DNA of 63,516 nucleotides, the filler included, from Pirum gemmata (lineage: Eukaryota): the NCBI GenBank assembly GCA_002812295.1. It is 19 parts of 19 records of this genome, joined end to end, with 100 filler letters (N's around TTAATTAATTAA, not from the genome) between each part and the next. Parts side by side here need not be neighbours in the genome. Positions count along the whole stretch, not along the records: positions 1 to 3,146 come from PDIN01003316.1; positions 3,247 to 6,424 come from PDIN01003317.1; positions 6,525 to 9,700 come from PDIN01003318.1; positions 9,801 to 12,984 come from PDIN01003319.1; 15 more parts are not named here. One strand, 5' to 3'. Every line of letters starts with the position of its first letter. Within the stretch, counting starts at the first letter, position 1. A program made the translations under genes and the position numbers. Below the pieces are notes generated by a model. That model had not been told where the DNA came from. It did not search any database and saw only the letters and a list, made by a program, of their open reading frames with translations. This document shows positions 1 through 12,075 of the stretch, piece by piece.

Positions 1-216
1 AACCCAAACCCAAACCCAAACCCAAACCCAGACCCTAAACCAAACCCAAACCCAAACCGAAACCGTATCCCTAAACCTTAAAACCTTAACCTCAACCGTA
101 AACCGTAAACCATAAACCCTATCCCCTAAACCCTAACCCCTAATGCTAATATACTTTAACTCCTTCCTATCTTATAACTCTAACCCTAACCCTAACCCTA
201 ACCCTAACCCTAACCT
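1..216 (-). repeat. Telomere-like (CCCTAA/CCCAAA)n tract, intronic
   Basis: Hexamer repeats run to ~10 nt before the AG acceptor at 227-228. Confidence 0.85.
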
Positions 217-228
217 CACCTACGCCAG

Positions 229-476
229 GTATATGCCAAGTGGGCGACATCCAAGTTCAAGGTAGTAAAGAGTGTTCTTTTAAAGAAGAAAGCTCTGCTG
301 TAAATGGTGGTCAGCCCTGTGATTTAAGTACGTCAGTTACTGAAATCCGTTCGTTAGATTGTGGTTTAGAGTGTTTAGTTCATAAATTTTCGTTTTGTGT
401 TGTAGATACGAAACTTTCTATAAATTCTACTGCAGCCTCTAATGGCAAATGTGACTTTTTATTATTTAATAATTAA
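229..476 (+). CDS. Terminal exon of an unknown Cys-rich protein
   Basis: CAG acceptor then open frame ICQVGDIQVQGSKECSFKEESS...DCGLECLVHKFSFCVV...GKCDFLLFNN*; complex non-repetitive sequence. Confidence 0.6.
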
Positions 477-1025
477 AACATCACATTTCTGAAGGGTTTT
501 TTGATTATTTTACTATAGTTAGCTATAGAACTCACAGTGAACTCACACACAATATTGTAAAAAAAAACTTTTTTTTTTATTATCATATTAATAAAAATTC
601 GACTTAAGTTGAAGCAATAAATAAGTCGTGAATCTAAATAATTTGTTCCAATGTTCGAATAATTTCGAATTTTTAGTTCACATGATCGAATTTATTTCGT
701 ATTACATTTAAATTTAACACAAGTATAATACGAACAACATGATGGGAATGTGCTACAAAATTTTACGTTTTTTATACACGAGCTCGTATTAAAATAACCA
801 AAGTAGTATTATTTAATAATGACAAAAACGAATAAATATGCTAAAAATTTCATCCTGACCCTGACCCTAACCCTAACCCTCAATTTACAAAAAAAAAAAA
901 TTGTATAATTAATTTTAATAAAACATTTATATATCACGATCAATAAAATATAATAAATTTTTAATAAATATTTTTATCATGGAAAACGAAAGTCAATGAT
1001 ATTAATTAACTATAAAAATATTATT

Positions 1026-1618
1026 ATTAATATACGATTAACCAATTCAAATTTGATCGCGTATTTGAGCCCGGTCCTGCTACCGCAGGGACACAACACA
1101 AACTCTCTGTATATGTATTACTCGGACAAATAATATTTGAAGCATTACTTGTTTTGTACATTTAAATATAGTATTACAAATCTATGATACCGTTGTAAAC
1201 TAGTTTTTTAATGTTCAGTAGTACTATAACCTCCCGGTTCCCTATTTTAGAAATTGGTATTATAGTGGTACCATTGTTTGTGGTGTATTTAAATCGACAT
1301 TTACGATGTACTCAATTCTTTTACTTTTATCCCAATATTAATATTAATGTTATTATTAATACCGATATTGTACGATTTGATCATCATCTATTTCGAACAA
1401 CATTACTATTAAACTCTATTAATATTAATACCTGTTCGAAATCCTGGGGGGATTTTTATAATTATTGAACTTGCCTAATCAGAGTCATTTATATCATGTA
1501 TTGTTGTTGGATAAGATTTAAACTTGTCTGTTGGTTCAATAGAAGTATAGGTTGGTTGCGCCGATGATGGAGCATCAATCAAGGAAAATGTAGAACTTGT
1601 AGAGGGACTGTCAATAAC
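1026..1618 (-). pseudogene. Possible decayed coding sequence (Ser/Thr-rich then Cys-rich)
   Basis: Minus-strand segments VIDSPSTSSTFSLIDAPSSAQPTYTSIEPTDKF... and MYKTSNASNIICPSNTYTESLCCVPAVAGPG... separated by stops. Confidence 0.3.
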
Positions 1619-2107
1619 CTTATAATGAAGAACCATTATTATTGTTATTATATATATTATTAATTAATATACTTTATTATTATTGTTGTTGACTTTTAAA
1701 ATTGTAACCTTAACTTGTAACAAAAGATAACTCTTAGCTAGCCTTAGAGTTCTACTAAAGGAAGGAAGAGATTATTGCTTTTAATTATTTTTGTTAGAGA
1801 ATTAATTATTGTTGTAGTTTTTTTTATTAATTATAATATTATAATAAAACCCCCAACCCTAACCCTAACTCTGCCCCTGTTTGGTGGATTCAACGATTTT
1901 AATCTCATATAATATTATATTTTTCACAGATATTTTTCAATTTAGTAATAATAATTATTTATATATCCCATATAACCCAAACCCCAGCCCAAAAGGGCCA
2001 AAACCCAAACCCAAACCCAAACCCGATATAACCCAACACTAAGTACGTACTATCTAGTCTTGAGATTTTTTGTATTTTTGAGCTCATGTCGCTGTGGATT
2101 ATGGTAT

Positions 2108-2275
2108 GGGAGTCGTTCAAATAATACATCACATCAAGGGGTAGGTAGGTGGGTGGAAATTAACGTCGAGAGGGGTAGACTAGGTAGGTAGGAATTAGGT
2201 AGGGTTATTTGAAGCTGTATTTGACCAGAAATTGGCGTTACGTACTCGTTACGTACTCGTTACGTAGTATTTGAA
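2108..2275 (+). mobile_element. MITE family A (Harbinger/Tourist-like), degenerate copy
   Basis: Matches the family consensus GGGAGCGTTCAAATA...GGGGTAGGTAGG...GAAATTAACGTCGAG...TATTTGAAGCTGTATTTGAC...TATTTGAACGCTCCC. Confidence 0.75.
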
Positions 2276-3267
2276 GGAAATCCGAGGATGACACCTCATT
2301 CCTTCAAAATCGCTCCACGTGGCTGGCATCCACCTGTCAGACATGTAACAGTTATATAAAACTCATATTAAATAATTTTTATTAAAAAGTCTAATGGAAC
2401 AAAAACTAGAAAAAAACTAAATTTCCATTTAAAGCAAAAACTTCTAGCTAGCTTTTTACTATTAAACGTAATATTTTTACTTTAAATGGTAATTTAGTTT
2501 TTTTGGTCCTTTTTTATTATAACATGAGACCTTGTAATAATAATGATGATAGTCTACTGGTAAACAGTTAGTTATCTTGATACTGCCATCTAATACTTGT
2601 GTCTTTATGGCAAAGAGGCCCTGTAACTCGATGGAATAAATAAAATTCAAACATTTTCTTAATTGACTTTGTTAATGCGAAATATTGCAAAATATTGCCA
2701 AAATCCACTCTAAACCATATTTTTTATATAAATAATCTATTTGAGGGGGGCATAATTACGCGCAAAAATATTCTTTGAAAAAGCTACAAAATTTGTAGAA
2801 GAGCCCCTATAGACGATCCCAATTCTGCTCGAACCCGAAAACTTTAAAAAAAAGGAAAAAGAAATTCAGCTCTGTTTGAAAATTATTTTTTTTTCATTTT
2901 TTTTTCAGGTTTATAAATAAATAAATATACTCGAATCAGATCAAAATGTTTGAACTTATTTAATTACTACATAGGCTCGAAAACTCATTTTTTTTCAAAA
3001 ACAAGGCAGAATATGCCTATGTCAGATATCACTGGCCGATTTTTAAATTATTTTTTTTTTTAAATTAAAAAAATTTAAGGTCGGGCCAAAATTTGGTGTG
3101 GAATTTATTAAGTAGTAGTTCGAAAATTTTATTTATATTTCAAAATNNNNNNNNNNNNNNNNNNNNNNNNNNNNNNNNNNNNNNNNNNNNTTAATTAATT
3201 AANNNNNNNNNNNNNNNNNNNNNNNNNNNNNNNNNNNNNNNNNNNNGAATGTTCCCACCCATACACT

Positions 3268-3553
3268 AACCCTAACCCTAACCCTAGCCCTAACCCTAGC
3301 CCTAACCATAACCATAACCCTAACCCTAACCCTAACCCTAACCCTAACCCTAACCCTAACCGCAACCCTAACATTACACCTAATGCTAACATTAAAACTA
3401 AGCTAACACTACACCAAACACTAACGCTAATGCTACACCTAGCGCTAACCCTGAACCTAATGCTAACCCAAAACCTAACGCCAACGCTAAGCAAGCCAAT
3501 GTTAATATTATATCCTAACCCTTAACCTTAACCCTAACCCTAACCCTAACCTC
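3268..3553 (-). repeat. Telomere-like (CCCTAA)n with variants
   Basis: Direct reading. Confidence 0.9.
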
Positions 3554-3591
3554 AATACCAAACTTATAACTAACTTATATATTTTCAAAAG

Positions 3592-3711
3592 GATTTTTAT
3601 CTTCCTTGGTTGCTTCGGGAGGTGTTAGTAATGTATGTCAACTACCTGTTACAGCCTCAACCGTGACCTGTTTAGCGAAGGCACCACGTGCCCGGCTACT
3701 TTGTTGTTGTG
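3592..3711 (+). CDS. Candidate internal exon, unknown product
   Basis: AAG acceptor and GTAATT donor; one frame open (FLSSLVASGGVSNVCQLPVTASTVTCLAKAPRARLLCCC) but its phase does not join the C1 frame of the next exon. Confidence 0.35.
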
Positions 3712-3726
3712 GTAATTTTGGTTTGG

Positions 3727-4200
3727 ATTAGGGTTAAGGTTAAGGTTAAGGTTAAGGTTAAGGTTAAGGTTAAGGTTAAGGTTAAGGTTAAGGTTAACAT
3801 GTTAAGATTATGGGTTGTGGTTATGGTTAGGGTTAGGGTTAAGATGCTAAGATTATGGGTTAGAGTTAGGGCAAGGGTACGATTACTTTGTTGTTGTGGT
3901 AATTTTGTTTTGTGTTGGGGTTAAGGTTAGCGTTAAGGTAGGTTTAGCGATTTTTGGATTAGGGTTAAGGTTAGGGCTAGGGTACAATTAACTTTTTATT
4001 GCGGTAATTTTGTTTTAGATTAAGGTTAAAGTTAAGGTTAAAATTAGGGTTAAGGTTAGGGTTGGGGTTAAGATTAAGGGTTAGGGTTAGGGTTAGGGTT
4101 AGGGTTAGGGTTAGGGTTAGGGGTTAGGGTTAGGGTTAGGGTTAGGGTTAGGGTTAGGGTTAGGATTAGGATTAGGATTAGGGTAATGGTTAAGGGGAAG
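3727..4200 (+). repeat. (TTAAGG)n/(TTAGGG)n telomere-like tract
   Basis: Direct reading. Confidence 0.9.
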
Positions 4201-4279
4201 ATTAGCGTTGGTAGAATAATATAGTATAATGATTATAATATATTATATTAACGATAGTTATTATCAATTTTCTTTTTAG

Positions 4280-4360
4280 GTTATTTATAAGTGTACTGCT
4301 TGTAATCTAGTAGTCCATAAAAAGTGCGCAGCCAGTTTGGAGCCCTGTACTATGGGTTGA
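4280..4360 (+). CDS. Terminal exon encoding the second half of a C1 (PKC-type) zinc finger
   Basis: TTTTTAG acceptor; VIYKCTACNLVVHKKCAASLEPCTMG* has C-x2-C-x4-H-x2-C-x6-C. Confidence 0.65.
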   Translation, partial: VIYKCTACNLVVHKKCAASLEPCTMG

Positions 4361-4549
4361 TTTGTTTGTTTGTTTGTTTGTTTGTTTGTTTGTTTGTGTG
4401 TAACTTTTGGGTATTTTTTTATTATTTTTTAAATTTTAAAATTTTTCTAACCTCACTTCTGGTAGAAGAAAAGTAAATCACCTCCCATAGATTCTCATAT
4501 ATAATATTACCATTTTTGGAAGTATGAGAGTAATGAAGAGTCGTCATAA

Positions 4550-4750
4550 CTATCGTCTATTTCATACAGTTGTCCCCTCGATCTTTAATTTGGTACTTTT
4601 TAAGTGTATAATTGAACTTGTTTATAGAATACAACGTTAAGTATGAAATACCAAATTAATTAAAACATGTCTGATAGTTTAACCATAAAAATAATTTGCT
4701 ACGTTTATTTCAGTTTTTGAACTGAACAATACTTATGAAAAACATGATAC
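4550..4750 (-). mobile_element. Dispersed repeat family H
   Basis: Reverse-complement similarity to 20408-20625; fragments also near 21820-21930, 34690-35035 and 35200-35260. Confidence 0.6.
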
Positions 4751-4934
4751 TCTTTAGTCTTCCCAATAATTAGTAATTTAATTTTTTTGAGAGGGGAAAT
4801 TCTCTTTTCGTCGACCTGAAGGTAAAAAAAATAAGAAACATTATTATGACGTCATCCGTCCTAGCCATCTACTTTTGTACCTATGCTTTTTGTAAACAAG
4901 AATTCACAATTAAAGAGGCTAATAGGTTACTAAT

Positions 4935-5455
4935 TCGATTTTTTTAATAACCCAGTTATGAGACTGCGTAAAAAAAATTGAATGAGTGTAGCTCGAATTT
5001 TTTAATAACCGAGTTATGAGACTGCACACAAAAAAAATGAATGAGTGTAGCTCGAATTTTTTAATAACCCAGTTATGAGATGTAGCTCGATTTTTTTAAT
5101 AACCGAGTTATGAGATTGCGTAAAACAAATTGAATGAGTTTAACTCGAATTTTTTAATAACCCTGCGTAAAAATTGAATAAGTGAAGCTCGAATTTTTCA
5201 ATAACCGAGTTATGAGACTGCGTAAAAATAATTGAATGAGTGCAGCTCGAATTTTTTAATAACCGAGTTATGAGACTGTGAAAACAAAATTGAATGAGTG
5301 TAGCTCGATTTTTTAATAACCTAGTTATGAGAGTGCGCAAACAAAATTGAATGAGTGTAGCTCGATTTTTTTAATAACCGAGTTATGAGACTGCACAAAA
5401 AAAAATGAATGAGTGTAGCTCGAATTTTTTAATAACTGCGTTATGAGACTTCGCA
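4935..5455. repeat. ~59-bp tandem minisatellite, ~9 units
   Basis: Unit GCTCGAATTTTTTAATAACCGAGTTATGAGACTGCG-A-run-TTGAATGAGTGTA. Confidence 0.9.
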
Positions 5456-5458
5456 TTG

Positions 5459-6410
5459 CGAAAAGTTAAGAGCTGCTCGATTCAATATAATGACGCCACA
5501 TTACTTAAAGAATGAAACAAAGCAAAAACTAATTTAAGAATATTTTCCGATCTGATTATTATGCAAAGGTTATCTAACATGTCTTATTATTCAAGTACAA
5601 CTATTCCTACTTATTATAATAATAACTTAATTTAGTAAGTAAATCAACTTTAATAGTAATGAAATTCGAAAAGTTAAGAGCTGCTCGATTCAGTACAATA
5701 ACGTCACTTTACTTAAAAGAATGAAACAAAGCAAAAACTAATTTAAGAATATTTTCCGATCTGATTATTTTGGAAAGGTTATCTAACATGTATTATTCTT
5801 CAACTACAACTACTTAATAAAGTAATAAGTTAATTTATTAAGTAAATCAACTTTTCGAAAAGTTAAGGGTTGCTCGATTCAGTGTAATGACGTTACTTTA
5901 CTTGAAGAATGAAACAAAGCAAAAACTAATTTAAGAATATCTTCCGATCTGATTATTCCGGAAAAGTTATCTAACATGCCTTATTCTTCAACTGGAACTA
6001 CTTGTTATAGTAATAAGCCAATTTGTTGAGTAAATCAACTTTAATAGTAACGAAGTTCGAAAAGTTAAGAGCTGCTCGATTCAGTATAATGACGTCACTT
6101 TACTTAAAAGAATGAAACATAAAAACTAATTTAAGAATATTTTCCGATCTGATTATTCTGGAAAGGTTATCTGACATGTCTTACCCTTCAACTACAACTA
6201 CCTACTTATTATAGTAATAACTTAATTTAGCAACTAAATCAACTTTAATAGTAACAAGTTCGAAATGTTAAGAGCTGCTCTTAAGTATAATGACGTCACT
6301 TTACTTAAAGAATGGAAAACAACAACTACTTATTATAGTAATAACTTAATTTAGCATTTAAATTAACTTTAATAGTAACTTGAGAATAAAACTTCGAAAA
6401 AGTTAAGAAT
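5459..6410. repeat. ~200-bp tandem repeat, ~4.5 units
   Basis: CGAAAAGTTAAGAGCTGCTCGATTC recurs near 5459, 5667, 5856, 6058, 6261. Confidence 0.9.
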
Positions 6411-6524
6411 TAGTAAAATTGGGANNNNNNNNNNNNNNNNNNNNNNNNNNNNNNNNNNNNNNNNNNNNTTAATTAATTAANNNNNNNNNNNNNNNNNNNN
6501 NNNNNNNNNNNNNNNNNNNNNNNN

Positions 6525-6665
6525 TTTGTGAAATCTTTTTTAACTAAAAAAACTCTATTATGAACCAATGGCCAGTTTTTAAAAATAATTTGGCTAGTTA
6601 GCATTTAAGGTTTTTAGAAAGGAAGTCTAAGAAAAATGATTTCTACAGTTTTATCCAGCTTGGTT
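6525..6665 (+). mobile_element. MITE family E, right part (TIR ACCAAGCCGGATAAAA)
   Basis: Homologous to 7229-7575, 20145-20352 (reverse) and 41128-41335; ends TTTTATCCAGCTTGGT; carries the empty site GTTAGCAT at 6597-6604. Confidence 0.7.
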
Positions 6666-7228
6666 GTTAAACCATTATTATCATTATCAAATTGGTTGCA
6701 TTTGAATTTGATTCCATATATAGGTAGTTCTGTATTAGGAGGGCGGTAAGTGTCGTTGAATGTGTCGAATACAATGTTTCTAATTTTTTTTTTAATTTTT
6801 TTTTATTTCAAAAAACAAAAAACAAAATTGCCTTTTTCTTTTTTACAAAATAGCTTATAATAATATAATATATTAAACATCAAGATCTATTTTTTTACCA
6901 TTATTATCATTATCAAAATTTAAAAAAAAATATGTGATAATAATAAAATAAACAAAAATTGATACAAATTTTACATTGTTATCATACCTCCTGTGGGAAT
7001 AACCTATAGCTAAGTCAATTAACGTTAAAAATGGTAACAACATTAACATTATCAAATTTGATGTATTTGATGTTCACTATTAAAAATCAAGAGGGGTGAT
7101 AGTGTCTTTGAATTTTTTGTTTTTAATTTTTTGTTTTACTTTTTATTATTATTTATTATTATTCCCTCCAAATAAACATTCAGAGTGACAAACTAAATTA
7201 AAAGCACGATACTATTTTTTTTTTAAAA

Positions 7229-7575
7229 ACTAGGCCGGATAAAAATTGCGACACATAATTATGAGCTCAAAAATCGGAAAAATCTCAAAATGCTCCAATT
7301 TTAATGAAAGTACTACCAAATATTGTGAAATCTCCTAACTAAGAAAACTCTATTATGAACCAATGACTAGTTTTTAAAAATAATTTGGCTAGTTAGCATT
7401 AGGCTTCTCCCAATTCTGTATTCAAATATATTTATTTATTAATAAACCCGAAAAATACGAAAAATTTTTTTTTTTCGAACGGAGCTGAACTTTGGCTTTT
7501 TTTTGACAGCAGAAATTCGAGTTTTCGGGTTTGAGCAGAATTGGGAGAGGCCTAGTTAGCATTAAAGGTTTTTAA
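7229..7575 (+). mobile_element. MITE family E copy interrupted by family F
   Basis: Starts ACTAGGCCGGATAAAAATTGCGACAC; aligns with the other E copies on both sides of 7400-7554. Confidence 0.75.
7400..7554. mobile_element. Non-autonomous hAT-like element (family F), 155 bp
   Basis: 19-bp TIR TAGGC(T/C)TCTCCCAATTCTG with 1 mismatch; perfect 8-bp TSD GTTAGCAT (7392-7399, 7555-7562). Related ends at ~2810-2885 and 61120-61188. Confidence 0.9.
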
Positions 7576-7683
7576 AAATTATCAAATTGTTCTTCAATGT
7601 TAACTTGATGTAAATTTTTTATTATTACTATTATTATTTCTAAAAACAAAATACAATTTTGCCTTTTTCTTTTTTACAATACA

Positions 7684-9260
7684 TTAAACATCATCATGAT
7701 CTAATTTTTTACCATTATCATTATCAAATTGTTCTTCAACTTGATGTATTTGATGTTCACTATTAAAACTCATAGGTTGTTCTGTATCAAGAGAGGCATT
7801 NTGTCTTTGAATTTTTTGTGTCGAATACCCACTTTGAAGTGATCGAACAAAGCATCCATTCTTTCCAAAGGTACCCCAGCAGTTTCTGGTACAAAGCATT
7901 TCGAGTAAATTACTAAACATACAATCCAACAAGAAAAAAACAAAAAGGTACCCCACAAGTCCAAATTTTCCGGACGTAATAGTAAAGGAGTAATTCTGCC
8001 TACTATAGTGGCAGCACCCCAATTTGTAGCGGTAGACAAAGACATTCCTTTACCTCTTAGTTTATTGGGATAGATTTCAGAACAAACCACCCAAATTACT
8101 GGACCCCAAGAATAGGCAAAGTTGATGACGTAGAGGACACAAAAGACAATGATAAAGATACCCACCGTTTGGTTGGATTGGTAATCAACTGAAGGGGAAG
8201 CTAAAATGCAAACAATAAGGGTAGTGATTAACATACCAATGGCACCCCATAATAACAAAGTGGTACGACCGAAACGTTCAATACCAAATACAGCAATAAA
8301 AGTGGCCAAAAAGTTGGCTATATTGATGGCCAAATTACCATAAATGGCGACGGTGGGAGAGAAAAAAGTACTAAAGATTTTAGGGGCGAAAAACATGATG
8401 GCATTGATACCACACAATTGTTGTAAAAACTGACCACCACAACCTAAAAACGTACGGTACAACATGTTGTTTTCGTTACTTAACATTTCTTTCCATTCTC
8501 CTTCTCCTTCAGCTCTTTCGTGTTCAATGGCTTCGGTTAAGCTTTGAATTTCGTACTCGACTTCATATTCTTGACGAATGTTGCTCATAGCTTTTCGAGC
8601 TTGGTCTTCTTTGCCCTTGGCAATCAACCAACGGGGTGATTCATCAACCAAAAATAACATGACAAACATCAAACAAGACAGAATGATGTTTCCACCGTAA
8701 GAAATACGCCAACCCCAATCTACTCTGGCCAAACCAACGTTGGCTGCACCTGCTAGTACAATACCAAAAGTAATGGATAATTGCTGTAAAGTAACTAACA
8801 TTCCACGAATTCTTTTAGGAGCTATTTCCGCTTGGAACATGGGTACAATACTACTTAAACTACCGATACCCACTCCACCAACAAATCGACCTGCGTACAT
8901 CATACCAATATTCACGGCTCCCGTTTGTAAAGCAGCGCCCAAAGTAAAGATAACACAACAAATCATAAGCGAAGGTTTTCTTCCAATAAAATCAGCAACA
9001 GTACCTGACGCTAAAGCACCAACCAAGGCTCCAATAGTGAATATAGCAGAAATCCAACCTTGTTGATCAGAAACCCAACTCGGTTCATTTACCGTCGATG
9101 CAGGCCATCCAAAATGGACTCGAAAGGATTCCATAACAAAAGTGGGACCACTCCCTCCGATATCATAACCGAATAATAAACCTCCAAACGAAGCAATCAC
9201 GGCTACAAAGTAGACAAAGGGCTTGATGGGCGCCTTATCATTTGATTTAGAACCACTCAT
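7684..9260 (-). CDS. MFS sugar porter (hexose transporter), intronless
   Basis: Motifs FGYDIG, D-x2-GRK, GRFVGGVGIG, EIAPKRIRG, ESPRWL, QQLCGIN, ERFGR, SWGP, PET. True stop probably at 7684 because the N at 7801 shifts the frame. Confidence 0.96.
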
Positions 9261-10039
9261 TTTTTTTTTTTGTTTGTTTGTTTGTTTGTTTGTCTGTTTG
9301 TTTGTTTTTTATAACTATTCTTATATTTAGTAAGTTTTCATTATTTATTAATTGTTTTTATTATTATTATTATTATTTAAATTTCCTTTTGGCTCAACAT
9401 TTGATGTTTTTATACCTTTTTTTTTTTGGTTTTCAGAAGTTTTTTTTTTTAAAAAAAAAATAATATGATACGTGTAATAAAAGAAATCGATAGGTTGAAA
9501 ATACTAAATTTCTTTTTTAGTTTTTTTTTTTGTTTGAAAAAGAAAATAATAATTTTCATTTTTATGGTTTCTAAAGTTTTATCCGGCTTGGCTATTAAAA
9601 AAAAAAAATTAATAAAACAAAAGGGATAATCGCTAAAGAATAATACTTATAATATTATTATAATAAATAATGATATTAATATTATCACTCTTTTTTTTTT
9701 NNNNNNNNNNNNNNNNNNNNNNNNNNNNNNNNNNNNNNNNNNNNTTAATTAATTAANNNNNNNNNNNNNNNNNNNNNNNNNNNNNNNNNNNNNNNNNNNN
9801 GCCCTATGATATCAGGTCTCATGTTTTAATTACGTCAGGTAAATAATTTAATTAGACATCTTTAATATTTAAATTGGTAGGCTTTAGTATATGATAATAT
9901 AGTCTTGTAGTTATTTAAAAATTTAAAATGTAACCATTTTTTATTATTTTGGTCGAATAAAATATAAATAAAATGACGTAGACTAATTAAAAAAATGAAT
10001 ATTCCCCTAAGAAAACAAAGCTAGCTAGCCGCTATCGAT

Positions 10040-11645
10040 AACCCTAACCCTAACCCTAACCCTAACCCTACTTTCTAGCCCTAAAAAACCCTAACCCTAA
10101 CCCTAACCCTAGCTAGCTCTAAAAAACCCTAACCCTAACCCTAACCCTAACCCTAACCCTAGCCCTAAAAACATTAAAACCCTAACCCTAACCCTAACCC
10201 TAACCCTAACCCTTATTTAATGTAAAACCCATAACCAACCAATACTCATATCAACACTCATCTACACCCATAGCTCTAACAATCATAATAATATAGCTAT
10301 AACCATAATTATAGCCGTTTCCATAACCATTTCCAAAACCATTTATATACATACTATTTTTACTGTACATAACTACAGTCATCACTAATTGATAATAATA
10401 TTATAACCATAATAATATACCCATACCCATAACTCTAACCCTAACCCTAACCCTAACCCTAACCCTAACCCTAACCCTAACCCTGACCATAACTCTGACC
10501 ATAACCCTAACCCTAACCCTAACCCTAACCCTAACCATAACCCTAACCATAACCATAACCATAACCCTGACCATAACCCTAACCCTTATGTATCATATAG
10601 TTTACAATATAGCTGTAGTAATAGTTTGATAAAAGATTGCAGTAGTAATAGTAATAGTAATAGTAATATTAAAATATGAAAATAGTAATAGTAATAGTAT
10701 TAATAATAGTAATAGTATTAGTAATAGTATTAGTACTAGTAAAAGTAATAGTAAAAGTAATAGTAATAGCTATAATAATAATAGTAATTTATAATTTATA
10801 ATAGTAATAGTAATATTAAAATAGTAATAGTATTAGTATTAACAATAGTAATAGTATTAGTATTAGTAATAGTAAAAGTAATAGTAAAANAAAAGTAATA
10901 GTAAAAGTAATAGTAATAGCTATAATAATAATAGTAATTTATAATTTATAATAGTAATATTATAGTAATAGTAATATAGGACTAGTAATAATCATAACAA
11001 TAGTAATAGTAATAGTAGTAGTAATAGTAATCTAACCCTAACCCTAACCCTAACCCTAACCCTAACCCTAAAAAACCCTAACCCTAAAAAACCCTATTAA
11101 TAACCCTAAAAAACCCTAACCCTAACCCTAACCCTAACCCTAACCCTAACCCTAACCCTAACCCTAACCCTAACCTTAAACTAAACCTATAGCTAACCCT
11201 AATCCTAATTATAACCCTAACCCTAACCCTAACCCTGACCTTAATTAAACTAAACCTATAGCTAACCCTAATCCTAATTATAACCCTAACCCTAACCCTA
11301 ACCCCAACCCTAACCTTAACCCTAAAAAACCCTAACCCTAACCCTAACCCTAACCTTAACCCTAGCCCTAACCCTAACCCTAACCCTAAACCTATAGCTA
11401 ACCCTAATCCTAATTATAACCCTAACCCTAACCCTAACCCTAACCCTGGCCCCAACCCTAACCGCTAACCCTAACCCCACCCCAAACCCAACCCTTAAAC
11501 CCTAACGTAAGGTAACCAAACTCCAACCCTAACCTTAAGCCTTAACCCTAACCTTAAGCCCTGACCCTAACCTCAAACCCTAACCCCTAACCCTAGCTAG
11601 CTAGACTAGCCTTAAAACCCTAACCTTAACCCTAACCTAACAGTA
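10040..11645 (-). repeat. Interstitial (CCCTAA)n/(CCATAA)n tracts with a (TAATAG)n block
   Basis: Direct reading; unique or repeat DNA on both sides. Confidence 0.9.
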
Positions 11646-11719
11646 ACCTAACTACCCATGGACTAGCTACTAGCTAGTCTAGTCTACCAGTAGACTAGTT
11701 AAGAGGCCGTGATGAGACT

Positions 11720-12075
11720 TACGCTCATATTATAAAATATAAATAAAAAGTGTCAAATTTATACAATATAAATCCATTTAATTTAATTTGCTACATTTTA
11801 TTATATAATTATCAATTTAAAAATATCAAATTTAAATATTATAACCTACCAAATAAATATTCAAAGTGAAAAAATAAATGAAAAGCACAAATGAGATTCA
11901 TGATAAAAACTACATGGGATATTCACACGAAAACATGTATCAAATTCATACAATATAGATCCATTTAATTTAATTTGGTATGTTTTATTATATAACTATC
12001 AATTTAAAAACATCAATTTAAACATTATAACCTACCAAATAAATATTCAAAGTGAAAAAATAAATGAGAAGCACA
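11720..12075 (-). mobile_element. Two tandem reverse copies of MITE family D
   Basis: Each ends ...AAAATAAATGA(A/G)AAGCAC, the reverse complement of the D left TIR. Confidence 0.7.

Noticed and set aside
3147..3246. Regularly spaced TTAATTAATTAA as a biological motif, or ~3.2-kb pieces as nanochromosomes
   Set aside because: Always embedded in N runs; it is a six-frame-stop assembly spacer. Pieces break at microsatellites and cut genes.
4935..5455. CRISPR-like array
   Set aside because: Units repeat over their whole length with no unique spacers; no cas genes; eukaryotic context.
8740..9066. Antisense or overlapping ORFs (also 32013-33133 +, 47566 +, 51917 +, 52718 +, alternative frames at 17589-18908)
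   Set aside because: Shadows of well-supported genes on the other strand or frame.
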